A stretch of 64,000 nt of DNA from Octopus vulgaris. Lineage: Eukaryota. The notes beneath the pieces were generated by a model that saw only the letters and a list, made by a program, of their open reading frames with translations, searched no databases and was not told where the DNA came from. Location: assembly GCA_951406725.2 (NCBI GenBank), contig OX597824.1:19034001-19098000 (forward strand), given 5' to 3'. A program made the translations under genes and the position numbers. The stretch's first letter is position 1, and each line of letters begins with the position of its first letter. This document shows, one piece after another, positions 26,878 to 45,005 of this stretch.

Positions 26878-27831
26878 CTTTTTTTTTCTTCTTTCAAATT
26901 TGCTTCCATTTCTTGCCGAGTGTCTTCCCGACTCCTTGGGCAAAAAAAACTCATAGTATACATTGGTAGGCCATTAAACTAAACTCACTAGTTCGTTCAT
27001 TTTTTTTTAAGTTAAATTAAAATACATGAGTAGTAATAGTTCTCACATCGACAATGCTCTTCTCAATACGTGTGATGTATCAGTTAAGACAATATTTTGC
27101 ACTTCTTGCAGGGATGGTAAGCCAGGGATCATTCTCATATAATTTTCGGTTCCCTTCTTGATCATTCCTAGTGCTCCTACGATCACTGGTATTGTAACCG
27201 CTTTGAGATGCCACATTTTCTCAATTTCAATGAGCAGGTCTTTATATTTTCTGAGCTTGTCAAACTCTTTCGCCGAGATATTATGATCACAGGGGATGCT
27301 CATGTCGATCAATAAGCAAACTTTATTATTTTGGTCTTTCACAACAATATCCGGTTTATTGGCTTTGATGGTTCGGTCTGTATGTACTGGAAAGTTCCAC
27401 AGAATCGTTTCATTTTCTCCTTCAGTTACAGCTTCAGGATGGTGATTATACCACTTGTCGGCAGGTTTGATATTGTAATACCGACTTATTAGCCAGTGTA
27501 GATATTGGCCAACTCTGTCATGTCTTAATTTATACTCCACTGGTGCTAAGACTTTACATCCAGAGATTAGGTGGTCCACTGTTTCAATCATGTCGTTGCA
27601 GAATCGGCATTTTGGGTCTGCTCCATTTTTCATCACATTGGCCCGGTAATTCCGGGTTAATAGGCTTTGATCTTGAGCAGCCAGGATGAAACCTTCGCTC
27701 TCTGCTTTTAGCCCTGAGCTCCGTAGCCACTGATGGGTTTGCTTCTGGTCAACATCAGCTTGTTTGCTACAGGCTACATATTTGCCGTGCAGAGGTTTCT
27801 CTTCCCACCTATCAGCCAATTGCTCGTGCGC
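26878..27831 (-). mobile_element. 5'-truncated R4/Dong-like non-LTR retrotransposon inserted in (TAA)n
   Basis: Open C-terminal ORF plus ~165-bp 3' UTR; (TAA)n on both sides in element orientation. Confidence 0.9.
27043..27819 (-). pseudogene. Truncated retrotransposon ORF: CCHC zinc knuckle plus restriction-like endonuclease domain
   Basis: CRFCNDMIETVDHLISGC, RHDRV, ANKPDIV...LLIDMSIP, K..KY, IPVIVGALG; 258 codons without a stop but no RT domain or true start. Confidence 0.9.
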
Positions 27832-27921
<90 letters not shown>

Positions 27922-27923
<2 letters not shown>

Positions 27924-28136
27924 TCTGCTCTAGGGTCAAGGCCATGAAAATTTGGTGGGGAAGAGGTCTAATTGATTATATCGAGCCCAGTACGTAACTG
28001 GTACTTTATTTCATCGACCTCGAAAGGATGAAAGGCAAACTCAACTTCGGCGGAATTTGAACTCATAACGTAGCGGCAGACGAAATACTGCTAAGCATTT
28101 CGCCCGGCATGCTAACGGTTCTGCCAGCTCGCCGCC

Positions 28137-28138
<2 letters not shown>
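27922..28138 (-). mobile_element. SINE family B monomer (tail type 2) in a TAA/TTA tract
   Basis: Full head and body. Confidence 0.88.
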
Positions 28139-28202
<64 letters not shown>

Positions 28203-28235
28203 TAGTAATACTTTCTACTAGAGGCACAAGGGTAC

Positions 28236-28505
28236 CAGTCGATCCGATCAACGGAACAGCCTGCTCATGAAATTAACGTGCAAGTGGATGAGCACTCCAC
28301 AGACATACTTCTCAGGAGATCCAGCGTCACACAGAATGTGATAAGGCTGGCCGTTTGAATTACAGGTACAACTTATTTTTGCCAGCTGAGTCTACTGGAG
28401 CAAGGTGAGATAAAGTGTCTTGCTCAAGGACACAAAGCGCTGTCGGGAATCGATCTAATGATCTTACGATAGTGAGCCGGATACCCGAACCACTAAGCCA
28501 AGCGC
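28236..28505 (-). mobile_element. SINE family C1, diverged
   Basis: Colinear with 2842-3162. Confidence 0.82.
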
Positions 28506-28578
28506 CTGCACACTGTCTAGATATACAGGGAGAATGGAGGTGTAATGCATGATTGTATATATGACTATTTACGATGCC

Positions 28579-29172
28579 GTGGAGGCGCAATGGCCCAGTG
28601 GTTAGGGCAGCGGACTCGCGTTCGGAGGATCGCGGTTTCGATTCCCAGACCGGGCATTGTGAGTGTTTATTGAGCGAAAACACCTAAAGCTCCACGAGGC
28701 TCCGGCAGGAGGTGGTGGTGAACCCTGCTGTACTCTTTCACCACAACTTTCTTTCACTCTTTCTTCCTGTTTCTCTTGTACCTGTATTTCAAAAAGGGCC
28801 AGCCTTGTCACACTCTGTGTCACGCTGAATCTCCTCGAGAACTACGTTAAGGGTACACGTGTCTGTGGAGTGCTCAGCCACTTGCACGTTAATATCACGA
28901 GCAAGCTGTTCCGGGGGTAGTGGTGAACCCTGCTGTACTCTTTCACCACAACTTTGTTTCATTCTTTCTTCCTGTTTCTCTTGTACCTGTATTTCAAAAA
29001 GGGCCAGCCTTGTCACACTCTGTGTCACGCTGAATCTCCTCGAGAACTACGTTAAGGGTACACGTATCTGTGGAGTGCTCAGCCACTTGCACGTTAATAT
29101 CACGAGCAAGCTGTTCCGTTGATCGTATCAGTTGGGACCCTCATCGTCGAAACCGACGGAGTGCTCCTATAT
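28579..29172 (+). mobile_element. SINE family C2 with internal ~200-bp tandem duplication and 13-bp TSD
   Basis: TATTTACGATGCC at 28566-28578 and 29173-29185; about 28714-28912 is repeated at about 28916-29117. Confidence 0.9.
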
Positions 29173-29499
29173 TATTTACGATGCCATTTTATTTGTTAAT
29201 CAGTGTTATGTTTTTTTCTGTATCAGTAAAAACTAAATTTGCTTAAGCATGCAGTTGGTCGAGAATATTTGCTTCTGATGGACGTTAAAGAAAGCAGAAA
29301 TGTAGAATTAGTATATTATATATGTATGTTAGTCTTTTTGTAAGCTACTGATAAGCTTCTGAGATTTTATCTCTCTGCGTCTATACAAAATGCTTTCTCG
29401 AGACGAATACTGCAGTTTTGTGGCTTTCTACAACGTGTCCACATACAGTAAGCAATACAGAATATTATTTTGATCTAATACTGCATCTATCGTTAACAG

Positions 29500-29598
29500 C
29501 GAACACATACACACACACACACACACACACACTCACGCAAACATACTTACATACATACATACACACATACATACATCAATACATACTTACATACATAA

Positions 29599-29629
<31 letters not shown>

Positions 29630-29906
29630 CACACATACATACATGCATGCATACATACATACATACACGCACATATGCATACATACATACATACACACAC
29701 ATACATACATACATACATACATGTATACATACATACATACATACACATACACACACATATATACATACATACACACACACATACATACATACACACATAC
29801 ATATATACATACATACATACATGCATGCATACAAACACACACATACATACATACATACATACACACACACATACATACATTCATACATACATACACACAC
29901 ATACAT

Positions 29907-29937
<31 letters not shown>

Positions 29938-30126
29938 TACACACACACACATACATACATACATACACACACACATACATACACACACATACATACATGC
30001 ATATATACATACATACATACACATACACACATACATAGATACACACACATATTACACACACACACATACATACATACATACATACATGCATACATACATA
30101 CATACATACATACATACATACATACA

Positions 30127-30160
<34 letters not shown>

Positions 30161-30168
30161 CATACATA
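29500..30168. repeat. (CATA)n/(CA)n tract
   Basis: Direct reading. Confidence 0.9.
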
Positions 30169-30199
30169 TGAGTCGCCATGATTGACCGCTAACTCCAAA

Positions 30200-30390
30200 A
30201 GGTTTTTTTTTTTATTTATTCTCTCTCTGTTTATTTCCTCGTGTTCCTTTCCGCTGCAGAGCGTACGCTCGAAACGTAAAAGACTCAGATGCGTGTGTGT
30301 TTTTTTTTCCTGAACGCAAGCGTTCCTTAGAAAAACGTTATTGCCATAAATAACTAAATAAATAAATAAATAAACGAATAAACACATTCA
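30200..30390 (+). mobile_element. Penelope-like remnant with a degenerate hammerhead-like motif (30247-30282)
   Basis: cttt-ccgctgca-GAGC gtac GCTC-GAAAC-GTA-aaag. Confidence 0.45.
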
Positions 30391-30750
30391 ACATATTTGT
30401 GCTCGAGTAAATATGATACACATTAGTTCATTGATGGTGTTATGGTAGTTAAGATATAGATATTAAAGAAGGAATGATAGATAAAAACGGGAGAATGTCA
30501 TAGATAAAGCGTGAAGCAGAGGATAGCTAAATATATCAAGTTGTTGAGCATATGTTTGTTAACGATACTGAAGATTATATCAAATTTCATTTACTTCCAT
30601 CTAATATTTGTTACGTCATCAATATTTGCGTAAATATAAGGTCAATACTTATTACGTAAACATAATCAGCACGTACATATTAACAGACACTACATATACA
30701 TATGTGTGTGTGTGTGTGTGTGCGTGCGTGTGCGTACATACATACGTATA

Positions 30751-30910
30751 CAGGAGTGGCTGTGTAGTGAGTAGCTTGCTTACCAAACATATGGTTCCGG
30801 GTTCAGTCCCACTGCGTGGCACTTTGGGCAAGTGGCTCCTACTATAGCCTCGGGCCGACCAAAGCCTTGTGAGTGGATTTGGTAGATGGAAACTGAAAGA
30901 AGCCCGTCTT

Positions 30911-30964
<54 letters not shown>

Positions 30965-31185
30965 TTGTGTGTGTCTGCGTGCGTGTGTGTGTCTGTGTTT
31001 GTCCCCCCAAAATTGCTTGCCAACCGATGCTGGTGTGTTTAAGTCCCCGTCACTTAGCGGTTCGGCAAGAGAGACCGATAGAATAAGTACTAAGCTTACA
31101 AAGAATAAGTGCTGGAGTCGATTTGCTCGACTAAAGGCGGCACCCCAGCTAGGTCGCAGTCAAATTACTGAAACAAATAAAATAA
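30751..31185 (+). mobile_element. SINE family A, full length
   Basis: Colinear with family A. Confidence 0.9.
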
Positions 31186-31204
31186 TATATTTATATATAT
31201 ATAT

Positions 31205-31415
31205 TGGTAAAAACGGTAAGATAGCAAAAGAAAGAAAGAGACCTCAATATTATGTAAATAGAGGAAATTTATCTATAAAATAATATGTGGTGGAGATCTC
31301 TTCGGTTATCTGGCCAGATAACCGAAGAGATGGTGGTGTGGATTTCCACCGCGGCATCCGAAACTCAGAGTTTTATCTTGGCTACCGAATAATTGTCACA
31401 TATTATTTTACAGAT
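31205..31415. mobile_element. Fold-back remnant, probably Penelope-like, with a perfect 36-bp palindrome
   Basis: Palindrome at 31296-31331; outer inverted repeat 31271-31289 vs 31397-31415; embedded in (TA)n. Confidence 0.55.
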
Positions 31416-32204
31416 ATATATATATATATATATATATATAAGGATAGCAAAAAAATTCTAGAAAAAATTCTCCGCTACCAGCTGTCTAGTGAGAAAGAAA
31501 AGATAGTCACAGACTATATAATATACATTCAACAATATAAGGAATGGCCCTGTATATATATATATATATATATATAAAAATTTATATATCATATTCTCTA
31601 CGACTTTCAAATTAATATAATAGTACTACAGGATAAAGTAAATGTGATTTTTTTCTTTTCTTCATTTTAGAGTATTTATGTAATTAAAAACGAAATGAAA
31701 GCAAAATATCCTACTTCGGTTTCTTCGATTACCATCCACGATGTTTGAGCGGGAAAACTGTCCACCCATTCTCTTAAGTTATAAACACAACTCAGTATTC
31801 GAAATCTAGAATTCTTGACATTTTTTCTTTTAGTTATTCTTATTCATTGCAGTAAGAGTTATTTTGTTTGACAATTGAAACTAATACAATGTCACGAGTA
31901 GTCACAGTCTTGCCAAACACGACCACCACTTCACACCGTATTCAATTTTTGACCAATTTTAATGAATATTGATTACTGATTTGTCTGAAATGGCTTTCAA
32001 ATATTAATAAATAAGCTGTCTTAATTGACTTTCAAAGGTAAATTTTAATCATTACCAAAATGATTATTCTAGTTGATATCAATGTATTTTCAATTAATTA
32101 AAATGTCTTGGTTCCTTAAGATAAGCACGCCAGTTCACACTTTGCTATTTGTTTTCCGTGCAGAAGACATCCCTAGATTCTTTTATTTTTTATTTTTTTA
32201 ATTT

Positions 32205-32700
<496 letters not shown>

Positions 32701-33854
32701 GAAGAATAATATTTCTTACTCTATATTTTTTCCAAGCAGACATCTTGCAGCTTTCCAGCAATATTATTCCATAGAAACATTTGTATTAATGCAGCTTTCA
32801 CTACGTTGTTTTATAGTTTCACAATGAACAGGAATCTTTAACCGCTCACAATAAGCAGCTCATCACACGTTCCAAGTTACACCTACAATCTAGACTATTT
32901 CTTCCCAAATCCGCAATATGAATGTCAATAAAATACCACATCGACCACTCTTAACCAAACCCAGAAAATCTTCCACATTCATCCAATCTGACGATTCTTC
33001 TAAAGAGATTAGACACCGCTCAAAAAGGACAAGCCTTTCCTAACAATTTACAACGTTCCGGTTTCACCACGGAGAGATTATCGCTCACACATCCGCCACC
33101 ATAATGCTTCCGCTTGCCAGAAATGAACATGCATTACAACGGATCAAATTGTTCTTATGCATTAATCCTCTGCTTCTGTTCGTTCAATTTTCCTTTTATA
33201 TATTTCCTTCTGTCTACTGCTGCTTGTAATAACAGCTACTGCATCAGAAAACAGTTATTCTTTTCCGATTTGTTAAACAGTTTCCCCATCAGAAATGACA
33301 CGCCTACGAAACTAACGTTACGGTTAAAAGGAAACGTGTCCGCATTATATAAAAACCGTTTATTTCAGTGGAATAAACAGAGTTTAAAGTGGACTGTGAC
33401 AGTCACTTTTAACACAAAAGTAAAACCAACTGACAAGGCACGAAAATACATTTTCTTTTCTCAAGAATTCAAGACATCAGAATTTGGGACACTACTAGAG
33501 TCATCATGTATGTATGCAAGAATGTATGTATGTATGTATGTATGTATGTATGTATGTATGTATGTATGTATGTATGTATGTATGTATGTATATATATATT
33601 TAATTTGTGTATGTATAACTGTGTGTGAATAGCTGTATATATGCATATATATATATATGCATGTACCTACATTTACGTATACATGTATATAAATATAAAT
33701 ATACGTACACATACACACATACACACATATATAATAATGCATATATACATATGTATATGTATATATGCATAAGTATATGTGTATGTGTGTGTACGTATGT
33801 GTATATATATTTATTTATTTATTTATATATATATATATGTGTGTGTGTATATTG

Positions 33855-33898
<44 letters not shown>

Positions 33899-33917
33899 AA
33901 CATGTATATATTTATAC

Positions 33918-33974
<57 letters not shown>

Positions 33975-34836
33975 TATATGCATACATATATACATAATCT
34001 GCGTGTAGATACGTATGGTTTTATGTATTTATGTGTGTGTCTGTTTACGAACAGCATATATATACACACACACACATACACACACACACACACACACATA
34101 CACTCATGTATATCTTATGCTCAGAAAGTAGTGAAACAACTATTTCTAGCAGAATATTTGACCGTAGAAAACCTTTTCTTTTCATTCGAAAGCCTGACTT
34201 TTGACGACACAAGTGTATGCATGAAGGACTGCAATTAAAAAAAAAATAATATAAAAGAAAAATTATTCGCAAGTAAGAAGTAAAGATAGCTGCCATTTTG
34301 AAGTGTTCCATATACCGATTACAGCTCTTGTTACACAATTCCAGTTATTATCAAGGCTAGTTAACCCTAATACAGCCACCTCTTCGCCTATTATTGTCCC
34401 CTACTGTATAAAGCAACGGTGGTTGCATTGTAAATACCAGACGTCGCTTATATTGGACGGCCAAAGTTTAATTGTCTCCTGGCGCTTGGTTACGTCAGAG
34501 ACAAAGTGTAAGCACTGTACTCAAGCCTGTCAAATGTGATACTGTCTATTAGCGGACATATTAGCTTGGCTATTTCACAAGCTAATCAAATAGAATTATT
34601 TTAAACATAAGTTAATAAAGCATAGGGTCTCATCAGACGCTTTTAATCATATCACATCATATTATAGAGGCACACTGGAACACACTATGTGCCACATTGT
34701 ATTATGATACAACAGACTTACGTAATAATAATCACTTCACATCACACATCGTCTGCCAAGTCAAACCACACAATGCCTTGTCACACTGAACAAAAAACAC
34801 TCTGGCTCTGGAGCAGACAATTTTTGTACGTGTATG

Positions 34837-34867
<31 letters not shown>

Positions 34868-34886
34868 CCATATATATGTATGTATG

Positions 34887-34956
<70 letters not shown>

Positions 34957-35245
34957 TACACACACTCACATATATATTTATACACACTCACACGCATACA
35001 CACACACATATATATATATACACACAGAGACACACAAACATATATATGTATATATATACTTGGCGTCTGTGCATACTAACACACACAAACACACAAACAC
35101 ACACACATATATATATGTATATATGCAAACTGACATATATCAAAAAATACATACACACATTTTCGAGTATACAAGCACGTATGATACATATGCATAAGCA
35201 CCTGTATATATACACTTATATACACATAGACAAGTGCAAAAAAAG

Positions 35246-35304
<59 letters not shown>

Positions 35305-35384
35305 TACACACACACAGCCATGCATGCAAAAATACTTGTATATGTATACATATATGCATGCATATAGCTATTCATTCAAACATA

Positions 35385-35940
35385 CTTGCCGAACCACTAA
35401 GTTAGTGGCTATAAACACACCAACCTCGGTTGTCAAGTAATAGTTGGCAAATAAGCACGAACACACACACACACACACACGTATATATATATATATATAT
35501 ATATTAATAAATAAAATAAAACATATGCATATATATAAACATATATGTACGTACCTACTTCTACACGTACATATACACGCATATATGAGTACAGGACACC
35601 AAAAGGACGTCGAACATAATGAGAAACGAAAACATAGACACAAACCAAAGGAACTGGACATTTTTTTAAAACAACAAAAAAATAGAGTACAGGACAATTA
35701 ACACAAAGAAAAAACCCCTTCTTCAGTCGCTATGGTTTCATCTACTCTACGTTTATATATATATATATATATATGCGTCAGGCTTCTTGCACTTTCTGTT
35801 TACTAATTCCACTCACAAGATTTTGGTCGATTCTAGGCTATAGTAGAAGATACTTGCCCAAGGGGCCACGTAGTGGGACTGAACCCAGATACATATCTTT
35901 TGGGAGCAAACTTCTTACCATACAGTCATACCTGCACCTA
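35385..35940 (-). mobile_element. Diverged SINE family A split by a Penelope-like fragment (35504-35754) in its internal microsatellite
   Basis: 3' part at 35385-35440 and head part at 35775-35940 flank the insert. Confidence 0.7.
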
Positions 35941-35945
35941 TATAA

Positions 35946-36007
<62 letters not shown>

Positions 36008-36029
36008 ATGTATGTATATATATATAGAG

Positions 36030-36094
<65 letters not shown>

Positions 36095-36879
36095 TAGATA
36101 TAAAGATATATATATATAGATATATAGATATACATACACACATATATATACACACATACGTATACATACATACATACTTACGTACGGACGCGCGCGCGGG
36201 GAATTTTACTACGTATGTATGTGTGTGTGTGTATACAAACATATATATGCATACAAATATACAATCATACAATATATATACGCACATTCATTCATGCATA
36301 CACGCACGCTTGCCAATACATCCATCCATCCATCAATCCATACATACATACATACATACATACATACATACATACATACATACATACATACATACATACA
36401 TACATGCATGCATACATGCATGCATACATACATACATACATACATACATACATACATACATACATACATACATACAAACAAACAATATGACAGCATATAT
36501 AAATAAAGAATATCAACAAATTCAAAGCGCTAACGTGGACGAAGATAGGAAACTGTGTTACTTCCCGATTTACACACGACAACACCTAAAGCGATTACGA
36601 CACAATGGCTACTGTAAAACAAAATGGAAGCTACATCTAACTAACGCTAGACAATGACTAGTTGTTCCGCTAAAGCGAGCCATGTCAAATGTGTAAGCAG
36701 TCTCAAATTCAAAGGGCGTCCAGTTGTTTATATTACATAAGCACGTTTGAATGCCTTGAGGCCACAATCTCGGGAAATACAGGAAGTTGTAAAGGGAGCA
36801 AAGCTGCTTCTTTCACTGAACGAAATTGCCACTCACGCTTGTTGTAGTGAAAAGAAGGGTTTCGGTTCTGTTGTGTTAA

Positions 36880-36946
36880 AGAGATGCATGTATGCACATG
36901 CACACAAACACATGCACATACACACGCGCGCGAGCATATATATATG

Positions 36947-37012
<66 letters not shown>

Positions 37013-37441
37013 CACATACATATATATGTATATTTATATATATATATACACGTACATATATATGTATATTTATATATATATGTATGTATGTATATATGTA
37101 TCTATATATATATACATAACGTGCACGAATATGTTGTTAAACAACCATTAATACATATTCGCGCAGACATACGCTCAATTACACGTGTGAAGGTGCAAAG
37201 GTACAAGGATATACGTATGTATGTATATGTTTATGTATCGACGGATGGATGGACGGATGGATGGATGACTACATGCATGTATGTGTGTATATATGTATAT
37301 ATATATATATGCGTGCTGCGTGTATATATATTTATATACATATATATGTATATATATATATATGGATGCATGACATATACACTCATATGTGTGTGCATAC
37401 ATATATACATACACACACACACATATATATATATATATTGT

Positions 37442-37479
<38 letters not shown>

Positions 37480-38032
37480 CGCAAATCTGAAATACATGCA
37501 CGCATTTATACAGGAAACGATGAGCTTATATACACACACTGATATACACAAGCACACACACACACACGCATGCACTCAATTACACAGATATACATGCTCA
37601 GAACATTTATTAATATGCATGGGAGCACACACACACACACATACACACACACACATACACGCACGCACACACACACACACACTCACGTGCGCGCACACAT
37701 AAACGTACACACACGTATACACAGAGGTTTGAACTTTTGAATCGGCATATAAATATACACCCAAACATATACAACATCATGCAGTTATATACACAAAAAT
37801 ATTCACTCAAGCAAAAGCTGGTTTTCCACTCAACCTCTCTGGCCATATCTTTTTACCACACACACACAAACACACAGACGCACGCTCACACTTTTATACT
37901 GAGTGGCACACACACACACATACACACATGCATACACGTGCACCAATATAAATACTCACACCTATACATCTAGATACGTAAGTATACATTTATATATACA
38001 CACATACGCATATATATATATATATATATGTG

Positions 38033-38077
<45 letters not shown>

Positions 38078-38085
38078 ATGAATGC

Positions 38086-38124
<39 letters not shown>

Positions 38125-38285
38125 TATATACATATCTGTGTGTGTGTATATATATATATATGTCTATGTATATATATGTATAAATATATATCTGTGTATA
38201 TATGTATGTATATATATATATATATATAGATAGATAGATAGATAGATAGATATGTGTGTGTGTGTATGTATATATGTATGAATGC

Positions 38286-38316
<31 letters not shown>

Positions 38317-38464
38317 CAGATATATACATATCTGTGTGTATATATATATATATATATTTGGAAGTTTGGAGATATATATCTATGTATATGTATATATATG
38401 TATATATATATATGTCTATGTATATATATGTATAAATATATATCTGTGTATATATATATATATG

Positions 38465-38509
<45 letters not shown>

Positions 38510-38528
38510 GTGTGCGCGTGTATATATA

Positions 38529-38576
<48 letters not shown>

Positions 38577-38642
38577 TATGTTCATATGTATGTATGTGTA
38601 AACACCTACAGAGTGGTAGCGTGTGTGTGTATCTGCGCGCGA

Positions 38643-38697
<55 letters not shown>

Positions 38698-38772
38698 TCG
38701 CAGAAAGAGAGAGAGAGAGAGAGAGAGAGATGGAGGGAGAGATACAGAGGGAGGAAGAGAGAGAGGGGGGAC

Positions 38773-38820
<48 letters not shown>
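36880..38820. repeat. (TA)n/(TG)n/(GA)n low-complexity region
   Basis: Direct reading. Confidence 0.85.
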
Positions 38821-39268
38821 TGAGAGTTCGAAAGCGAAAGAAAAAAAAAAATTAAAGAACGTGTGTATGTATAGTTAGTATTGGAAAAGTGTCTTCCGTT
38901 CTTTCTTTACGCATGACATGAAAATAAGAAACGGAAGAGCAGAGAGGAAAGTGAAAGAAAGACAGAAATGGATGAAAAAAAAAAAAAAAAACAGAAAGTA
39001 AAAAAAAAAAACAAAAAAAAAAAAAGCGACACAGAGAAATTTTCAGACAAAGCGGAAGAAAGCATTTTATTAAGCCGCGGATTTTCAAGTGGGTTTGATG
39101 TTATTTTTGCGCTGGAATTCTTCTATGCAACGGTGACAGAATTCATTGTGTTATCTGGGACATTCAAAGGACGACTAAGGCCTTTAAGAATAAAGAACAT
39201 ATTTATTTCTTTTGGCTAGTCTGAAGTCTTATTCGGTAATGAGAAAATATCTACTTCATATAATTGGC

Positions 39269-42937
<3,669 letters not shown>

Positions 42938-43260
42938 GTGAATTTGGTTGGCGGAAACCGTGTGGAATCCCCTCGTTCGTGTATGTGTCTGGGTAGATGT
43001 GTACGCCATTGGGTTTGGGTTTGGGTTTGTTCGTCCTCCTATCGCTTGATAATTGGAGTTGGTTCGTTTACGTCCCCGTAACCATGCTGTTCGGCAAATA
43101 AGTATCCAGGTTGATCTGCTCAATGGTACGCTTAAAAGCGTTGCTCCAGCATGGCTCCAAAATTATTGAAACAAGTAAAAAATAAAAGATATATTGTTTT
43201 CCGTTCTTGCTAACTTCAAGAAAGAAGCTGAATTGAGAAGGTATTCAGAGACGTAGGTGT

Positions 43261-43556
43261 TCGGAGTCGATAAATTAAGTACCAGTTACGCACTGGGATC
43301 GATGTAATCGACTTAATCCGTTTGTCTGTCCTTGTTTGTCCACTCTATGTTTTGCCCCTTTTGGGTAGTAAAGAAATAGGTATTTCGTCTGCCGCTACGT
43401 TCTGAGTTCAAATTCCGCCGAGGTCAAATTTGCCTTTTATCCTTTCGGGATCGATTAAATAAGTACCAGTTACGCACTGGGATCTATCTAATCGACTAGT
43501 CCCCCCCACCACCACCACCAAAATGTCGGGCCTTGTGCCAAGAGTAGAAAAGAATA
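43261..43556 (+). mobile_element. SINE family B dimer, 5'-truncated
   Basis: tail1 joined at aaatag|gtatttcg to a second body and tail2. Confidence 0.85.
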
Positions 43557-43788
43557 TAGCTTCAGTTATTTTTGGCAAACGAAGGAAATAACTCAGTCCT
43601 GACAATTGATATCAATATATAATTATTGTATACGCTTTTGATTCCGTCATACAAGAACTAAATTATTGGTTGCTATTGAAAAAATAATTCACAGAAAATT
43701 GTGACAAATATTTGCATTGAATTCTTATGATATATCGTTTAATGATTATTCAAAAACTTTTCTAGACATGCGACTTCAAATCACGATG

Positions 43789-45001
43789 CACGATGTGTTA
43801 CTAAAATGTTCCAGAACAAGTTATGTTTAATAAAAGATAACTTATTACCTACGTTTTAACATAGTCGCCTCGCACAGCAATACACCGGTCCCAGCGTCAC
43901 CGCCACCTTTGGAATCCGGCCTGGAAGTCGTTTTCGTAAGTGTGTTGAGGATCTCCTGCGATTCACTCTTCATCTCGACAATGGTGCTAAAACGGCGACC
44001 TTTGAGCTGCATTTTTGGGAAGAGACGGGAGTCCGCAGGTGCTAAATCTGGCGAATAAGGCGGTTGCACAAGCGATACGATGTCTTTTCTTTTGGCGAGA
44101 AACTCACAAGTGAAGGGACCTCGGTGACAGGGTGCATTGCCGTCGTGGCGAATCCAGATCTTCACGCTCCAGAGATCCGGTCTCTTTCACCAAATGTCCT
44201 CACTCAAAAGCTTCAAAACGTCGCAGCAGAACTCTAGATTGACGGTCTGGTCCTGGGGGGACAAATTCTCGATGCACAATACCACGGTTGTCGAAAAGAA
44301 AAAAAACCGATGAGTATGCCCTTGATTCAGGTACGGCTCTGTCGTGCCTTCTTCGGTTGTTGAGATGAAGGCCTTTTCCATTGTGACCAACTGCTGCTTC
44401 GTCTCAGGGTCGTAACCGTAGACCCAACTCTCGTCACCGGCGATGACCCACGACACGAAGAATGAGTCCTCAGCACCATGCTGACAGAGATCTTGACAGA
44501 CTTCGGCGCGATGTTCTTTCTGCCCAGTGGTCACAGCGCATGTTCAGTTCAGACGTTCAGACTTGCCTGCACGGACCCATACGACAGAACAACAACTTCA
44601 GCATTATCGTTAATTGTCGTCCGACGATCTCCATGCACAAGATTATGAATTTTATCCACATTTCCTGGGGTGACGCTCGTGGAAGGTTTCCCAGGAACAA
44701 ACTTTCGCTTTTCAGGCGCCCGTACCACTCAAAACATAGCGTACGACCCATTGCCTCGTCGCCTTAAGCTTGCCGAAGCATGCTCAATGGCTCCGTAGCA
44801 GACTTCCCAAGTTTAACGCAAAATTTCTTGTTGGCTCTTTATTCCTACTTACGGTCCACACACATTTTACAACTTTCAAAATAAACACAATGATGTCACA
44901 CGAGACGATGCCTTATGAAGGTCAGTTCAAGCTCTCACTGGGTGCTGCCATCTGTTGGTGCGCTACAGGACTATTCTGGGAGCGTTTTGATATCACCTGT
45001 A
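43789..45001 (-). mobile_element. Decayed mariner (DD34D) transposon
   Basis: Peptides VIAGDESWVYGYDPETKQQ, HDGNAPCH and PPYSPDLAPAD...LKGRRF; ~1.2 kb with degenerate TIR-like ends; multiple frameshifts. Confidence 0.88.
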
Positions 45002-45005
45002 TAAT

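Noticed and set aside
28581-28655. tRNA gene calls at SINE heads (also 23629, 3090-3162)
   Set aside because: A and B boxes are present but they continue into SINE bodies with TSDs and lack a full cloverleaf.
31298-31314. Similarity to miR-9 (TCTTCGGTTATCTGGC)
   Set aside because: Mismatch in the seed, no loop or star arm, and it is half of a spacerless palindrome in a repeat.
43009-43029. Telomeric repeat
   Set aside because: Three TTTGGG units inside a SINE microsatellite slot, not a TTAGGG array.
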